A stretch of 64,000 nucleotides of DNA, from contig JAIVFI010000037.1 in the NCBI GenBank assembly GCA_025558095.1, forward strand, positions 248,001 to 312,000. Direction: 5' to 3'. Position numbers and translations under genes: made by a program. Shown one piece after another: positions 12,521 through 28,255 of this stretch. The DNA comes from Hyaloraphidium curvatum SAG 235-1. Its lineage: Eukaryota > Fungi > Monoblepharomycota. Each line of letters begins with the position of its first letter. Position 1 is the first letter of the stretch. The notes below the pieces were generated by a model. That model worked only from the letters and a program-made list of their open reading frames with translations. It was not told where the DNA came from and did not search any database.

Positions 12521-15500
12521 TCACTTTAGGACCTTAATGACCCCATCGTATGAGGTGGTAATCAGCATCGGGTATGGGAAAGGGGTGATCTGGATGTCCG
12601 TGATGGTATCCAGGTGGTACGACTGGGTCGGGGCGGAAAGAGAGGAAGACGACGAAGACGTTTGTGGTTGCTGGCTGCTGGATGCCAGGGAAGCATCCCC
12701 GAGGAGCCTGCTCCTGCCGGAGGAGGAGGTTGAGGACTTGCGCGAAGACACAGCCGAAGACGTGCCCGATCGCAGCGGGCCGGTGTTGGCGGGGTATTGG
12801 AGCACGGGGGAGTACTCCAGATAGAACGAAGTGTTCTCATGGCGTTGGAAGCTTCGGATTCCGTCAGCCATCCGTTCGGGCGTCGGAGAATCGCGGACGT
12901 ACCTGTACTTCGGCGCGGGAGAGTCCACGTCGGGGTTGGAGACCAGATACGACTTCTCGACGGATTGCAAATCCCAGAAACGGATCTTGCGGTCGGCTCC
13001 GGCTGATATCATGCCCTTGCCATCCGGCGTGTAGACGACCCCGGACACGCCCCCAACGCGGCTGAATTTGGAAGCGCCATACCTCGCGCCACCCAGCAGG
13101 TCGTTGGCGCCGGCAGGGCTGGACGCCTGAAGCAAGTCCGCATGACACGGCGTTAATGGGAATCCATAGCCAGATAGGGTTCGCAGGCCCCACCTTCACA
13201 CCGCGTCCGTAGAGCGCATTCATTTCGTCCTCGGCCCGATCGTTGTCCGCATCGATTACGCAAAAGACCTGCTCGCACGCCGCCGTTTCGATGTCCCACA
13301 CAGACACCTCCTCGGTAGGGCCTTCGACTGAAGCCGTGAGCTTCGGTGCCCCCATGTGACGGCCCGGCCCGGAAGCCCCAGAGTCCAGCGACAGGAAGTT
13401 GATCCGCGAACGACTCGGATGGCCCCATGACTTGAGCGGCAGGCCGAACCGAATGTCCCAAAGCACAAACGTCCCCATAGACGAACCAGATACGAACCAG
13501 TTGTGGTTCCTGTCCACAACAAAGGCCGTGGTGGTGCCGTACTCCGCCGGAACGGGGAAGGTCCATGCATCCTTCATGGTCCGCAGATCGAGGCCGCATA
13601 TGCGGCCGCGATTGGTGGAGTACATGAGGACCGACGAGAGTTCTTCGGAGTAATGGTGCAAAAGGGTGGCATGCTCGCCGTCCGGCAGGTCGAAACGGCG
13701 CACGCCGTCGAGACCCGAGTACTTCGGAGTCGCGCCCGTGTACGAGCATTCGACCCTCGACACGTGCACGCTGCCGGTGGTCGATGCCGAGGCGACGCTG
13801 TGCGACTGCTCGCAGAACGCAACGGAAGTGACCTTGCCTCCTTGGACCAGCGACAGCCTAGCCCGGTTGGTCACGTTCTGCTCCAGGCGCGCGCAATCCC
13901 AGATCTTGACCGTCCCGTCGTTGGAGCACGTGGCAAAGAACATGAAGTCCGGACTAATCCTGACCTGATTGATGGCGGCGGAGTGTTCGTGAAACGATCC
14001 CACGAGCGTGCCCTCGGGCTTCCAGTTCTTCAGGCTCGAAAGGACCCCATCCAATGGAGCCCCCACGGGCGAAGTCCCAGCATCCCCTACGACCTTGCCC
14101 AAGTCCATCTCCGGCGGGAAGAAGTGCGCAGCCTTCTTCTCAAGCAGCGGGATGACGTTCTGCGGCCGACCTTCCGTGCCGATAACGAAAGTGCTCGACG
14201 AGAACTCGGCGCCCACACCGAGCGCTGTTTCGCGCCTCCCGAGGCCCCGATCTCCGGCAGCAGGGAAGCTGTTTGTCCGCGATGGCGACGCACTGGTCAC
14301 GTGTCCGCTCCCGCGCGGCGTCAGGGGCCTGGTAGTCCGTCCGCGCTGGTCGTTCCGCAATCTCGATCCCGCGGGGGAACTGCGCCCACTCGGATCCAAA
14401 TCAACAGACAATCGTCCGCCCGATACGATGACCATGGATCCTTGTGCTGCATCCTTCAAGCCTTCCGGATGGAGCTTCTGCTTCTCGTCCGTAGGCGGGG
14501 TCAGGAACACCGTGTGGGGAGTAACGCCCAGCATCTTCAGGGGCATGAATGCCGACTGCGAGCTATCTCCGCGATCCGAATCACTGATGGAAGCAGAGCT
14601 GCGCATGTCCCGGGACCGCGAGGCGCGGGCAATGAAGGCGTACAAGGACAAAATCTTGGCGCGCTCTGCCTCCGTGAGCCCTAACTCCTTGAGCCGTTTG
14701 ATCACCGGCTTTCCGTCGATCAGCGGATCGTTCAATGGTAGGCTGATGTCGCGCAGGTCCGCCAACGCAGCAGGTGACTGCGATGCGAAGGTCATGGTCT
14801 GATCGTAGAGGATGCGAGGTAGAGGCGGCTTGAGCTTGTCCAGGAGATCCAGTTCTGTGACCTCGCTGAGCTCCCGACGCAGGAAAGGTTTCACCAGCGG
14901 GTACACAAACACCCGAACCTCAACGGGCGCGAGTGACTTGGCCGCGGCTACGGTAAGGCTGACAGCACCTGCATCTCCTGCTCAGGTGCGGAAACGAATA
15001 ATGCGCCAGAAAACTCTCACCATAGCGCACCCAAATGTTCGGATGGCAAAGAAGAGGGACGGCGGTCTCAACTGCCTCAATCAGCCGCGTTTTGCCGATG
15101 AAGCCAGCGTTCGACAGATCAGTCAAGGCGCTGAGTGCCTTGGCAACGACAAACTCCTCCTCATCTGCGTAAGCAACCGCATCAGTCAGGTGGATTCCAC
15201 GCCGACAGCTCACGCACCAGACAGTGCTTGGATCATGAGCGGGAGGACGTAGTCTTCCAGACTCTTTCCGCCGACGCTGAGCCCAACCCCAACGATGCTG
15301 TCAAAGAAGGCGCTGTAGGCACGTGTGTGTGAGCTATAGTCTGCTGGACCGTGTTCCGCATACCACCTTCGAAGAAGCCAGTCGCGATCGTTCAGGTACG
15401 TAATGAGGTGACTTAGGACAACATCGTTCGAGCGAGTGGGACCCAGGAAAGAACACAGCTTGGCGACGTCGGCGAGCAAGGTACGCTTGACTGCGGGGTT

Positions 15501-17674
15501 CGGGTCGACCAGGAGAGCGGCGACGTCTTCCTGGACAAGGTCCTGGATGTCTCGGAGTGAGGAGTCGTACGTCCCATGCGGCGTGTCGCCGTAGTCCGTT
15601 TCCGCATTCGATGAGGGCAAGTTCTTCCTGAGCAGCTGTGCCATTTGGAGGAAGCGCATCGCGCACTCTGCCAATGACGAAAGGCAAGACGCATAGGCGA
15701 CGCGCACGTTCAGTTCCGTGTCGACCGCGAAGCGGCGGAGATTGGGCAGGATGTACTCGGGAAACACCTGGATGTCTCCGGGTGTCAATGATTCAACCGA
15801 CAGGAGCTGGCGTTCACAGAATGTCAGACGCGAAGGGAACGCGCTGGAGGGCAAGATCCCACGAGCTGTGTCAACACCCGCACGGCAGTGGCCCGAACAA
15901 CCGGAACATCATCTTGCAGATAGACGACCAGGAAGGGGACAACCCTGTCTAGCTTGTGCTCGTCCTCTGCGTTGATTGAAAGAGCCAGCAGCAGGTCCAT
16001 GGCACACAGCTTTGCCGAGACAAACACGCAGGCATGCGAGTTTGCGCACACCATCGTCGTGAGGATAACGGAAAGAATGTCTGAGTGGGGACGTAATGTG
16101 AGATTTGGACGCTGCCGTGTAGGGCTAACGAACCAATATTCGTTGCCGGGAGCTCGGCCATCATCTTTAGAGTGCATTGAGGTATCCCAACGTCACCAAG
16201 ATTGGTGATGGTCGTCCAGGCGGCAAATCGGTCGGAGGCTGCGAGAGAAGGGCATGAGACCGAGATTGTGGTGTCCGAGCGCAGGTGCAGCTCACCCGAG
16301 CGGGCGGCCCTCGCAACTCCGTTCCTCTGTCCGGAAGTGATGTCGAGGACGGTGGACATCTCCCGATGAAGCTTCTCGATCCGGTAGTCCGCTTCGGACA
16401 CCAGAAGCTTCTTCGAATGCGGAGACTGCCACTGGTAAGGAGCCAATAGATCCTTAGGCGGTTGAGTAAGGGAGCCCAAGTAGTCGTGGAGGAAGTCGCG
16501 GAAAAGAGGCGGAAACACGGTGCCGAAGCTCCGGCGCAAATGGTCTTCCGCGGTGCCTCGCTGCGCTGGATTGACTCGGATCATAGCCGCTATCATGTCC
16601 TGTCGGATCGCACGTCAAACAACTCGTCTCCCCCTTGCCGACGGACAACCCACCCGCAGAGCAGTGTCCTCGATGTGCCCGAGGTCGCCCAGAGGGTCGT
16701 AGTCCCCGTTTCGATACCGCAGGAGTTGTGACAGATCGAAGAGCGGCTTCTCCAAGAACAGTTCCGCGAGAACGCAGCCCAACGAGAAGACGTCCATGGC
16801 CGGGCTCAGGCCTCCAGCGGCGACCTTCTCCTTCGGGGAATGGAAGCGCTCGGGTGCTAAGTAGCATGTGCGGCGGGCCGACGTGTCGAAGAAGAAAAAG
16901 AAATCGGCCGGATTGTCCTGGCGCCTGAAGTGAGTCGCGCTCGGGGACAAGCACCGATGATCACGAACTTCAGGCAGGTACACGGGCTTGTAGTTCGCAA
17001 AGTCGACGTAGAACGCCCACGTCCAGCTCGTGACCATTATGTTCTCGGTCTTGATGTCACCGTGCTGGACCTGGGGAGGGTTCCATGGGTACACGGGCCG
17101 CACGTCCGAGGGAACGAGCAAGGACCTGCCGTGCGTGGATGTCGCTCAGGCCCTTGAGAAGCTGGAACGCTATCCACTTCTTCTCGATCGGGCAGAGGAA
17201 AGGCCGCGTGCTCAGACGGTCGTACAGGCTGCTGAAGACATACTGCCGGACCGAGTACGCGGCTCGCTCCGTCTCGATGATCCTCTGGTGGAACAAGACA
17301 TTCGGCACCGATTCCAAGGCCCTGCGCTCGCCTGCAATAAAACAGGCATGTTCCAGGTCTCGAACGTTCCTCCAGAGCGACGCACTGCGAGAACCCACGT
17401 CGCAGCTCTTCGATGTACCGGCCCAGGGGCAGCCCCGCCGAAGGCTTGACGAAAATCTTCACCACGAGCGCTCCCTCGCGATGCCGGCATTTGATCGTCT
17501 TCATGAGCCGAGCTCCACCGAGACTGCGGGTCCCACGGACGTCAGGGCCCGCGAATCGCGTAGCTCCGTTGGATGTCCCGACCTCCGCTCGTACTGCACA
17601 TCGGTCAACTCGCTGACATAGCTGTCGATCCCCACGGCGGCAGCTATGTTTGCCGACGAAACGACGTTCCCCAT
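12521..17674 (-). CDS. VPS15: PI3-kinase regulatory subunit Vps15 (kinase, HEAT, WD40), multi-exon
   Basis: MGN myristoylation start, [72 protein letters not shown]-terminal WD repeats. Confidence 0.96.
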
Positions 17675-17888
17675 CGCGTCCAACGGGCCTTTTAACGCGT
17701 CATTTCGAAGCCCCGGTTCGCGTGACTGGTTCTGAGAGGCCCAATAGAGGCGGCGGCCAGCGGCGGCGACGCCGGTCCGCTGCACCGATTCGGTCATCCT
17801 TATCACTTTGGAAGAGATGCCTGCCATGTATTCAGCTTCCCAGACACGTCGCACGCGGCGGAAATCTCGCTTCCGGTCCCGCAACGCC

Positions 17889-20317
<2,429 letters not shown>

Positions 20318-20455
20318 GGGACCGGCCGGCCGCGGTTGAAAGGGATTGGATTTTCGCAGCCCAACTCCCAACCTTGAATTTTTCGCGCAGACGCACCCCT
20401 CTCAGACGCGCTGCCTCGTCATACGACCAACCCCTCCTTCCTCCACGCGCCAGCC

Positions 20456-21493
20456 ATGGAGCTCCAGAACGAGGAAGGGGCGGAGAACGTGAAAGTGCGG
20501 ACTGCAGGATGCCGGCGAGGGAGCCATTGCTGACGGCGGCTGCGTCCGGAAACCTCTCCCGGCTTCCACGCCCACCCGCCCCACCGCCGCCCTCTCCTGC
20601 CCTCCGATCCCTCGGCCGCGCTTCTGCCTCGTACCTGCATTCCATCTGGATAGCTGTTCGGCAAATGGTCGTATGAAGATGTGAAGGCCTCGGACATCTC
20701 GCTCGAGGTGGGCCCGCCCTCGCGCCTCGGCTCCGCGCCGCTGACCCGTCCCTCGCATGCTTGCTCTCTCTCTGGAATCGCTTTTTTGCCCTCCGTGTGC
20801 GGTGCGCGCCACCAGGACTACATCCAAATCCGGCACCGCGTCTACATCCCGCACACCGCGGGGCGGTACCAGATGCGGCGGTTCAGGAAGGCCCAGGTGC
20901 GGCCCGCGCGCCGGAGGAGCGTAGCGTGCACTGATGCGCTGGGTCACCGCAGTGCCCCATCGTCGAGCGCCTGGCCAACTCGCTCATGATGCACGGCCGC
21001 AACAACGGCAAGAAGCTCATGGCGAACCGGATCGTCAAGCACACCTTCGAGATCATCCACCTCCTCACGGACCAGAACCCCATCCAGATCCTCGTGGACG
21101 CCATCATCAACACCGGCCCGCGCGAGGACTCGACCCGCATCGGGAGCGCCGGTACCGTGAGGCGGCAGGCCGTCGACGTGTCGCCGCTGCGGAGGGTCAA
21201 CCAGGCCATCTGGCTGCTGACGACGGGCGTAAGTTGCCGTTGTGGGGTTTGCGTGTGTGCGGAGGAGCCAACACCGGTCGGTCGCCAGGCTCGTGAGGCT
21301 GCGTTCAGGAACGTCAAGACCATTGCCGAGTGCCTGGCGGACGAGCTCATCAACGCGGCCAAGGGGTCCTCCAACTCGTACGCCATCAAGAAGAAGGACG
21401 AGCTGGAGCGTGTCGGTGCGTTGCCGCCAAATGTCTCCGCCAAGGGACGGGAACTGACTGCCGTTCCGGTTTCCAGCGAAATCCAACCGGTAA
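20456..21493 (+). CDS. RPS5: 40S ribosomal protein uS7 (S5)
   Basis: [79 protein letters not shown]; 5 introns. Confidence 0.97.
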
Positions 21494-21537
21494 AGGCCGG
21501 CCTGTACATTCCTGGCGAATACACGCTGCTGTGGACA

Positions 21538-23055
21538 TCATCGGCTGTATCCGCCCTTCCACCGGCCTCCTTTCGGCGGCGATGGCGCCCGCTGGTGGCG
21601 CGGATCCCGCTCCGGCGTGGGAACCCATTCGACACGGCGCCCGGAGTCGTACCGCACGCCGACCTCCCTGTCCCTCTCGCGGTACCGCGGTGGGCTGGTT
21701 GCCCGTTCCCGTTCCCGCTCCCGATCTCTTCTGTCCCGATCCCGGCGGTCGTAGGAGTTGGAGGGCTCGCGCTCGCGCTCCGGCCGGCTTGGCCGCTGGT
21801 ACCGATCGTTCGCACCGGGCGAGCGGGACCTCCTGCGCCGGTCGCCGTCCCGGCGGTCGTCTCGGCGATCCTCCCTCCGATCGTCCCTCCTGCGATCCGA
21901 ATCGCGGCGGCCCCCATCGCGGTCGCTCCTCGGCGTGTCCCTTCCCCGATCACTGCGCGGCGTGTCTCTTCCCCAGTCGCTGCGCGGCGTATCGCGCCCG
22001 CGCGGCCGGTCCCCGTGGCCCCTGCCGTCGCCGTTGCGGTCGGCCCCGCGCCGCCCGTCGTTCCTTAGATCCGCCGTCAGCTCGTCGTGGCGTTTGATCA
22101 TCCACGCCACCATGGAGCTGCTGAAGGGTGTCGGGCCCCCGAAACCGGTCCGGTAGCGCTCGGGGCAGTCCTGGCGGCGGAATCGATGGTCAGCAGGGAT
22201 ACAAGAACAGAGCAAGCGAGCGGTCCCACGTCTCCCCAGTGCTCCGTCGATGAGCACGTGTAGCACGAAACCACTTCGACCTCCTTTGACGGCGCATCCG
22301 ATATGAGAGCGTACTGTCGCCAGCAGATCTTGCAGTCCTGCGGGAAACAATCAGCACCGGGCCATGACTCAAGGGAGAGATGAACGAACGATCGTGGCGT
22401 GGTCAGTCGAGTCGCAGTAGTGGCAGTAGCGGCTCGAGTTGTTGTCTCGCTGGGGACATATCTGCGCGAAGGACCGAGATCAGCATTGCCTCTGGTTGGA
22501 ACGGTAGCACTTGCCTGTCGCCTGTGACCGAGCGAGCCACCTTTCATGACAAGAGGATTCCGTTTAGCTTCATGCCACATATCAGCAGCGCAGGTCGGTC
22601 CCACAGATGAAGCAGCAATGAGAAGCCAGCGGGCACCGCGTCGGGTCATGTTTCTCGTCACAAAAGAAGCAGATTTCGGCTGCCGGGCAGCTCCATCAGT
22701 TTCCGTCCCTCAACAAACTGCCAAAGGGCGCCGACCTCCGGATATCTTCTCCTGGCAATCTCGCGCCAGGTGGCCCCGTTTCCTGTTGTCGGTTTTCCCA
22801 CCGTGAGCGTCTTCCGACCAAAGACCGCAGAACCTTCCCACCGGCAAAAGAAGCACGCCACGCCCTTCCCTGCCTTCGCATCCTGGTTCTCCGGCACGAA
22901 GTAGCGGCCCCATGGCAGCGAGGCCTGGGGGACCGGCTCGGCCTGAGGAGCCAGTCCCGAGGGAGGGACATCAGGTCCTCGTTCGGCACCTCGAGACCGG
23001 AGGGCTGACGCACCGGCTTCTCTGGGTTCTCGAGCGGTATCGCTTCGTTCCCCAT
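21538..23055 (-). CDS. Zinc-knuckle protein, Air1/Air2 (TRAMP subunit)-like, with RS/RD-rich tail
   Basis: GRYF motif, then several CCHC knuckles ([44 protein letters not shown]) and the Air-type 'IWRQY' signature (CKICWRQY). Confidence 0.75.
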
Positions 23056-23359
23056 TTCCCCCACGTGAAGTGCCCTCTAGTCGGAACTTTGTCTCAGAGC
23101 CGGGACGCCGAAGCCCGCGGGGACGCCGCCGCCTTCCGGTGCAGCATTCATCGATGGCCGAAAACAGCGAACGAAACGAACTTCCAATTTGTTAGCAGCG
23201 CGGGTCCTGGCGCTCGGAAATGCTGCGACGCGTCTGCAACTCCCCGTCAAGCCTCCTGGACCATCGCCCACTCGCACAAGGAGCGCATGTGGAGAGCGGC
23301 TGTCGTGGCGAGATCGCTGCAGCCGAGATTCTCAAAACGGGATTGAATGTTGTCGGCGG

Positions 23360-23835
23360 AGCAGTAGTGCTGACGGCCACCGTGCCCCGGACCTCTCCCG
23401 GCCTCCAACGCCCTCCCGCCCCACCGCTGCCCTCTCCTGCCCTCCGATCCCTCGGCCGCGCTTCTGCCTCGTATCTGCAATCCATCTGGATCTTCAGCTG
23501 TTCGGCAAATGGTCGTATGAAGATGTGAAGGCCTCGGACATCTCGCTCGAGGTGGGCCCGCCCTCGCGCCTCGGCTCCGCGTCGCTGACCCGTCCCTCGC
23601 ATGCTTGCTCTGTCTCTGGAATCGCCTTTTGCCCTCCGTGCGGTGCCCGCCAACAGGACTACATCCAAACCCGGCACCGCGTCTACATCCCGCACACCGC
23701 GGGGCGGTACCAGATGCGGCGGTTCAGGAAGGCACGGACCGGAACCCCATACAGATCCTTGTGCCATCGCCAGTACCGACCCGTGCTAGGGTCGATCCGC
23801 ATGGGAGCTCTCGTACCGTGTGGGGCGTCGATGGG
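23360..23835 (+). pseudogene. Partial, intron-containing, degenerate duplicate of RPS5
   Basis: Near-identical to 20520-20890 (end of intron 1, exon 2, intron 2, exon 3), then jumps to a decayed copy of about 21066-21180; no start exon and no 3' exons. Confidence 0.85.
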
Positions 23836-24019
23836 TCACCGTGGGCCGGCCAACAAAACCATCGAGTACGAGCGATCCATCGTAGAGTCCTCGTGTTCAT
23901 TTCATTCAAACATGTCAATCGGGAAAGACGGACGCCTAGGTTTGGTGGTTGTCCGCAACCATCGGGGGCGCATCGGGGGCTCCGCACCGCGACCGCCGCC
24001 CCTCGCCCCGAATCAAACG

Positions 24020-26840
24020 ATGCTGAGCACCGAAGGCGCGGCACTCGCGCCGCGATTCACGCGGAAAGCGAAGCTGCCAGAAGCGCGACAAACGAGGCCG
24101 GCCGATGACGGCGTGCCGCTCCCCGTCCGGCTCGCGAAGCTGAAGGTACCCGAGTCCCTGGTTCCGCGCTCTCGCCGCTCCAACTCCCCGGAACGGCAGC
24201 GGCTCGTCCACGAGACCATTATTGCACATCGGAAGGACTTTCTGACGGCGTTTCAGTACTGCTCAAACCTGGTGCAGGACGTGGAAGCGGCATTCGGGAC
24301 CGTGGATGTGGGACTCGCCGAGGTCCTCAAACCGCGATGAATGTGAACCATTCGTGGGATTCCTGCAGGCTCAGGATGAAGAGAGAATACCGGGCGATCT
24401 TGTCGGGGAGATCCAGTCGCTCCGAGTCCTCGCGCAGGTGCGGGGACGGTGTCCGCGCGATGGACCCACTCTTGACGACGCGTGGGACAGCTGCACCACA
24501 CGTTGCAGAACTTTGACAGTCTCTTGGAGATTGGAGAATTCAAGATGGCCGCCGCAGCCGTCGTGCAGATGGTGGGTCCGGCGTTCGTGGCCAAGACCAG
24601 TCCACCAACACTCTCTGGCGGAAGATGGATCTTTTCGAGCAGCTCGTCGATGCCAACGGCTTGCGGTGCGACTTCAACATCTATCAGCTGCTGAAGAACG
24701 ACTACGCTGCAAAACGCGCCCGCCTCACCCAGTATCTGAACGAGATGTTCGCCGCGGGCATTTCCATCCACCAAGAGGGTTCAAGCGCAGAAGTCCAAGT
24801 CTCCTTCCGCCTCGTCGGTGAGCAAGGACTCGACCTTATCTTTTCCACTCAGCGCTGAACGAGTCGTCCGTACAGGGCCGCATGCCAAGAAGTACTACGA
24901 ATCGTCGATCCCCCTCGAAGACGTCCTGAGCGCCCTTTACCACCTCGAAACCCTGGAAGCAAAGTTCCAAACTGTAGCCACGCGTCTGACTCAGCTGTGC
25001 ATCGCTCCGTGCATTTCAAGTGCGAAGCTGGACATTCAATGTTCCAAGAGCAAGCTGCAGGCCGTCTTGAAGCTTCAAGGCGGCGCCAGAAAGTCCAGGG
25101 GACCAGGCCAATCTCCAGGTGGGTCAAGCTTCGCTCGTGCTATGCTGAATTAATCCTGTCTGGTGCTGCAGCTTTGGACCAGGTCCTCGACCGAATTCTC
25201 CAAATTTGCAGGTTCGTGTCCGAGGACGTCTTCCCAGCACCACCACCCAGCGACGGGCATTTTCCGACTGAAACACTGCTTGACGTCTTTGGCCGGACCT
25301 GGTGGCCATCACTGTGGAGCTCCGTGAACGAAAACGTCCTGACGCCGTTGGTGCCCGAGGACGTCCTTTCATTGAAGCACTTTCAAGAGGAGCTGAGGCC
25401 AAAAGTCCTCGAATTTGGGAACGCTTTGGAACAACTAGGTGGCTTGCCTCTCGCGCCGGGGTTCAATTCGACCCATTGATTCTCCGACCAGGGGTGCTTC
25501 CCGCCGGCAGGCGTGAGCTGGACGACTTTGTGGAGAACATCGCGGCTCTGAGCACCGCGAAACGGCGCGCATCGATCCTTGCGACTGCACGATCCGTCCT
25601 GCTCAACGAAGACATAAATATGGTGGAGGTCAGCGACGCAACAGAAAGAGGTGAGATCCCTACGTGTGCGCAACGCTCCGGTTCGCAGCTAAAGCAGAGG
25701 TCCGCAGGCGGCGTATTCAACCTGAATGGAGGCAAGAAGGACCCGGGCTTTGATCAGGCGAGAGGCAAGGAGGGCGCCGAGGGCAAGGCCGGCCTGGAAT
25801 CGGGAGAAGTCGACGCATTCAAGGTGCCTCGATGTTCCGTGTCATCACAAGTCCACGCAGTGGTCGAGATGGCGTATCAGATGGTAAACGAAGCCACCTC
25901 CAGCGATTCCAAAGCGTGGGTTTTGCTTGAGCATAGCCCTGTCGCGCGGGACGGCGGACCCTTAACGTTCATCGTTCTGCTGCCCTGCCTGCCAGTGCGA
26001 TCGAGCTGTTCTACTGCGCTCGCGACCTCTTCGACCTCATGCGCTGCGTTCGGCCGATGTGCCACGCGGACCCGGCGACGGCGACGATCGCAAGCACTCT
26101 CCTCTTCCACAACGATTGCCTCTACGTCTCCCATCACCTCCTCACGATCGGCTACCAGTACAAAAGCCAGCTGCCGCCCCCGCTCAATGAGACCGCAACC
26201 TTTGTCGACATGATTCCGTCTTTTCGGAAGCTCGGGGAGACGGCCCTGCGTGGACTCTTGGTACGTGGATCGAGAAAGTGCATCTCGTCGGGCTGACAGC
26301 AGTCCAGCGCAACCACAGGGACTACATCTTGGAGTGCTTGGTGGATGCCGATCTCCTGCGGGAGCTTCAAGTGCAGGAGCGATTCGAGAAGGCGGAAAGG
26401 TGCTTCAAGGACGTGATTGCGAAGATCGAAACCCTGTCCCGTTCCGCCAAGGTGACTCCTTCGCACGACCGTGCAGTTCCGTGCTGATCGTGCTATGCGC
26501 AGAACATCCTTCCGAGCGAGCTGTACTTGAGCGTGATCGGGCAGCTCGTCGACACGGTTGTCGAGCAGGTGCTCCTGATGGTTCCCCAACTGGACACGAC
26601 TTCGTGGCAAAACTCGTTTCAGGTCAAGTACATCCTCAACCTCGCCGCGGTTCGGATCGAACGCTGGTTCGAGATCTCGAGGAGGGAGGGGAACAAGACG
26701 ATCACGGAAAAGGTTGGGGACCTAGTTCCCGAACGCTTCTGCCTCGCCTGACAGGGTTTTGATGATTGCAGGCCCCCATCTCGAAACGAGTTGCGTCTTG
26801 GGAGCGCTTTTCGCGCCTCGTCGGCGCTCCCCCCGCGTGA
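24020..26840 (+). CDS. ZW10: Centromere/kinetochore protein ZW10 (Dsl1 family), multi-exon; C-terminus appears truncated
   Basis: FKVPRCSVS, LFYCARDLFDL, LLFHNDCLYVSHHLLTIGYQY, TFVDMIPSFRKLG, ILPSELYLSVIGQLVD; ends ...SWERFSRLVGAPPA* at the edge of the Fanzor element. Confidence 0.85.
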
Positions 26841-28255
26841 GGTGGGGTCGGAATATATAGTGCTCCGTTATTAGAAACCCGCACTCTCTAAGCGTCCCAC
26901 GCTACAGCTAAAGTCCTCGTTCTCTCTGTCGCTAACTCGGCACTACAGCGTCTAACATCGTGCTCCGCCATCTTGACGTCCTGATTGTGTCCATTTTTTG
27001 AGCTGGCGGATGGCCCCAGCATTCGGTCGCCGTCTCGCTGCATCGGTCCCCAACGTCCGTGCGCAGCTTAATGCTTCGTTGTCATGCACAGAGGGATTTT
27101 ACAGTCCGGAGACGTTCCGAGGTGGCAGAGGCCGGATTTGTAGCGCGTTCGCGAGGAAGAGGTGCGAACGCAGACCGCGGTCCCGAACAGCACAGCACGT
27201 CACCCCTCCGACCCGCTACAGCTCGTGATGGCGCACCGGGATACGGTGGAGAACAGCGCTGGCCGCCAGTAGTCTCTTACGCGATTCCTGGCTCCACCAA
27301 ACGTCGTGGGATGGCCGTACGGGCCGCTCCGCGTGGACCGCCCCAAGACGAGTAGTACTGCCGAGCGAACCCCGACCTGCAAACTCATCCCGCTGAAATG
27401 GCACCTAGGCGGCGCCAGGAGCATCTCGGAAGGCGATGCCGACGGCGCGGCTCCGTTTTGCGCCCGATCGTCGTCGCTACGACGACCGAAGTGCCGCGGT
27501 TGTGTCGAACCGCTGCGCTCCCGTTTCGCGACGTGCCATCGCAGGCATTCCACAGAAAGATGGCCGAGCTCCCAGAATTGCACGTCGGAAACGACTCGAA
27601 GGGGATCTCGGCCGCTCAGACGCCGATTCTGGGGAACCCGCACCGCATCGGTTGGGCGCTTAACCGTGTCGCCCCGCCGGAGCACTGGAAGCAATGGAGG
27701 TCCGGTGGCCGCGGTCTTTCCTCTTTTCCAGCTCAAACGATGATCCGCTTCGTCCGCTGGTGCTTGGAACCGAGATTGACAACCGCCGGCGAGAGGACGA
27801 AGCGGCAAAGGTCTGCCGCTGAATGCCCACGGGAGGCCCGGTCGCGGCAGGTGCAGTTGCAGGAAGAGCGAAAGCGAGCACGAGTCATTTCGCGTGAAAT
27901 CTAGGGCCCTCGACGGAGTGGGGCGACAGGCCTTTCGGAAACCGGGGGTCGGGAGCCCGAAGGCCCGAGCGGGGCGGAGTCGCCGACACCCCTGGTCAAA
28001 TGGCTGGTTAAATTGCTGGGCAAATAGGAAATGCCCGTTGCGGCAGACCGCCATGAAGCCGATAGGAAACGGAAACTGGGAAGGGCTTTTGGGCGCGTGA
28101 GACGTGGCCTTGGGTTTAGCGCCGTGTCGGAACGCAACGCGCCGCCGCGCGGCAGCGGCATGGCCGGGCACCAGGTACACTTTTGCACTCCCGTGGACAC
28201 CGCGTCGGACATTTTGGGCCAGTAGCGGCGACCGCGGCGCCGTGGCCGGCCCGCG

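Noticed and set aside
21660-22060. Short repeats (GRDTPRSD x3, RD/RE runs) as a DNA repeat array
   Set aside because: They encode the low-complexity tail of the Air-like protein
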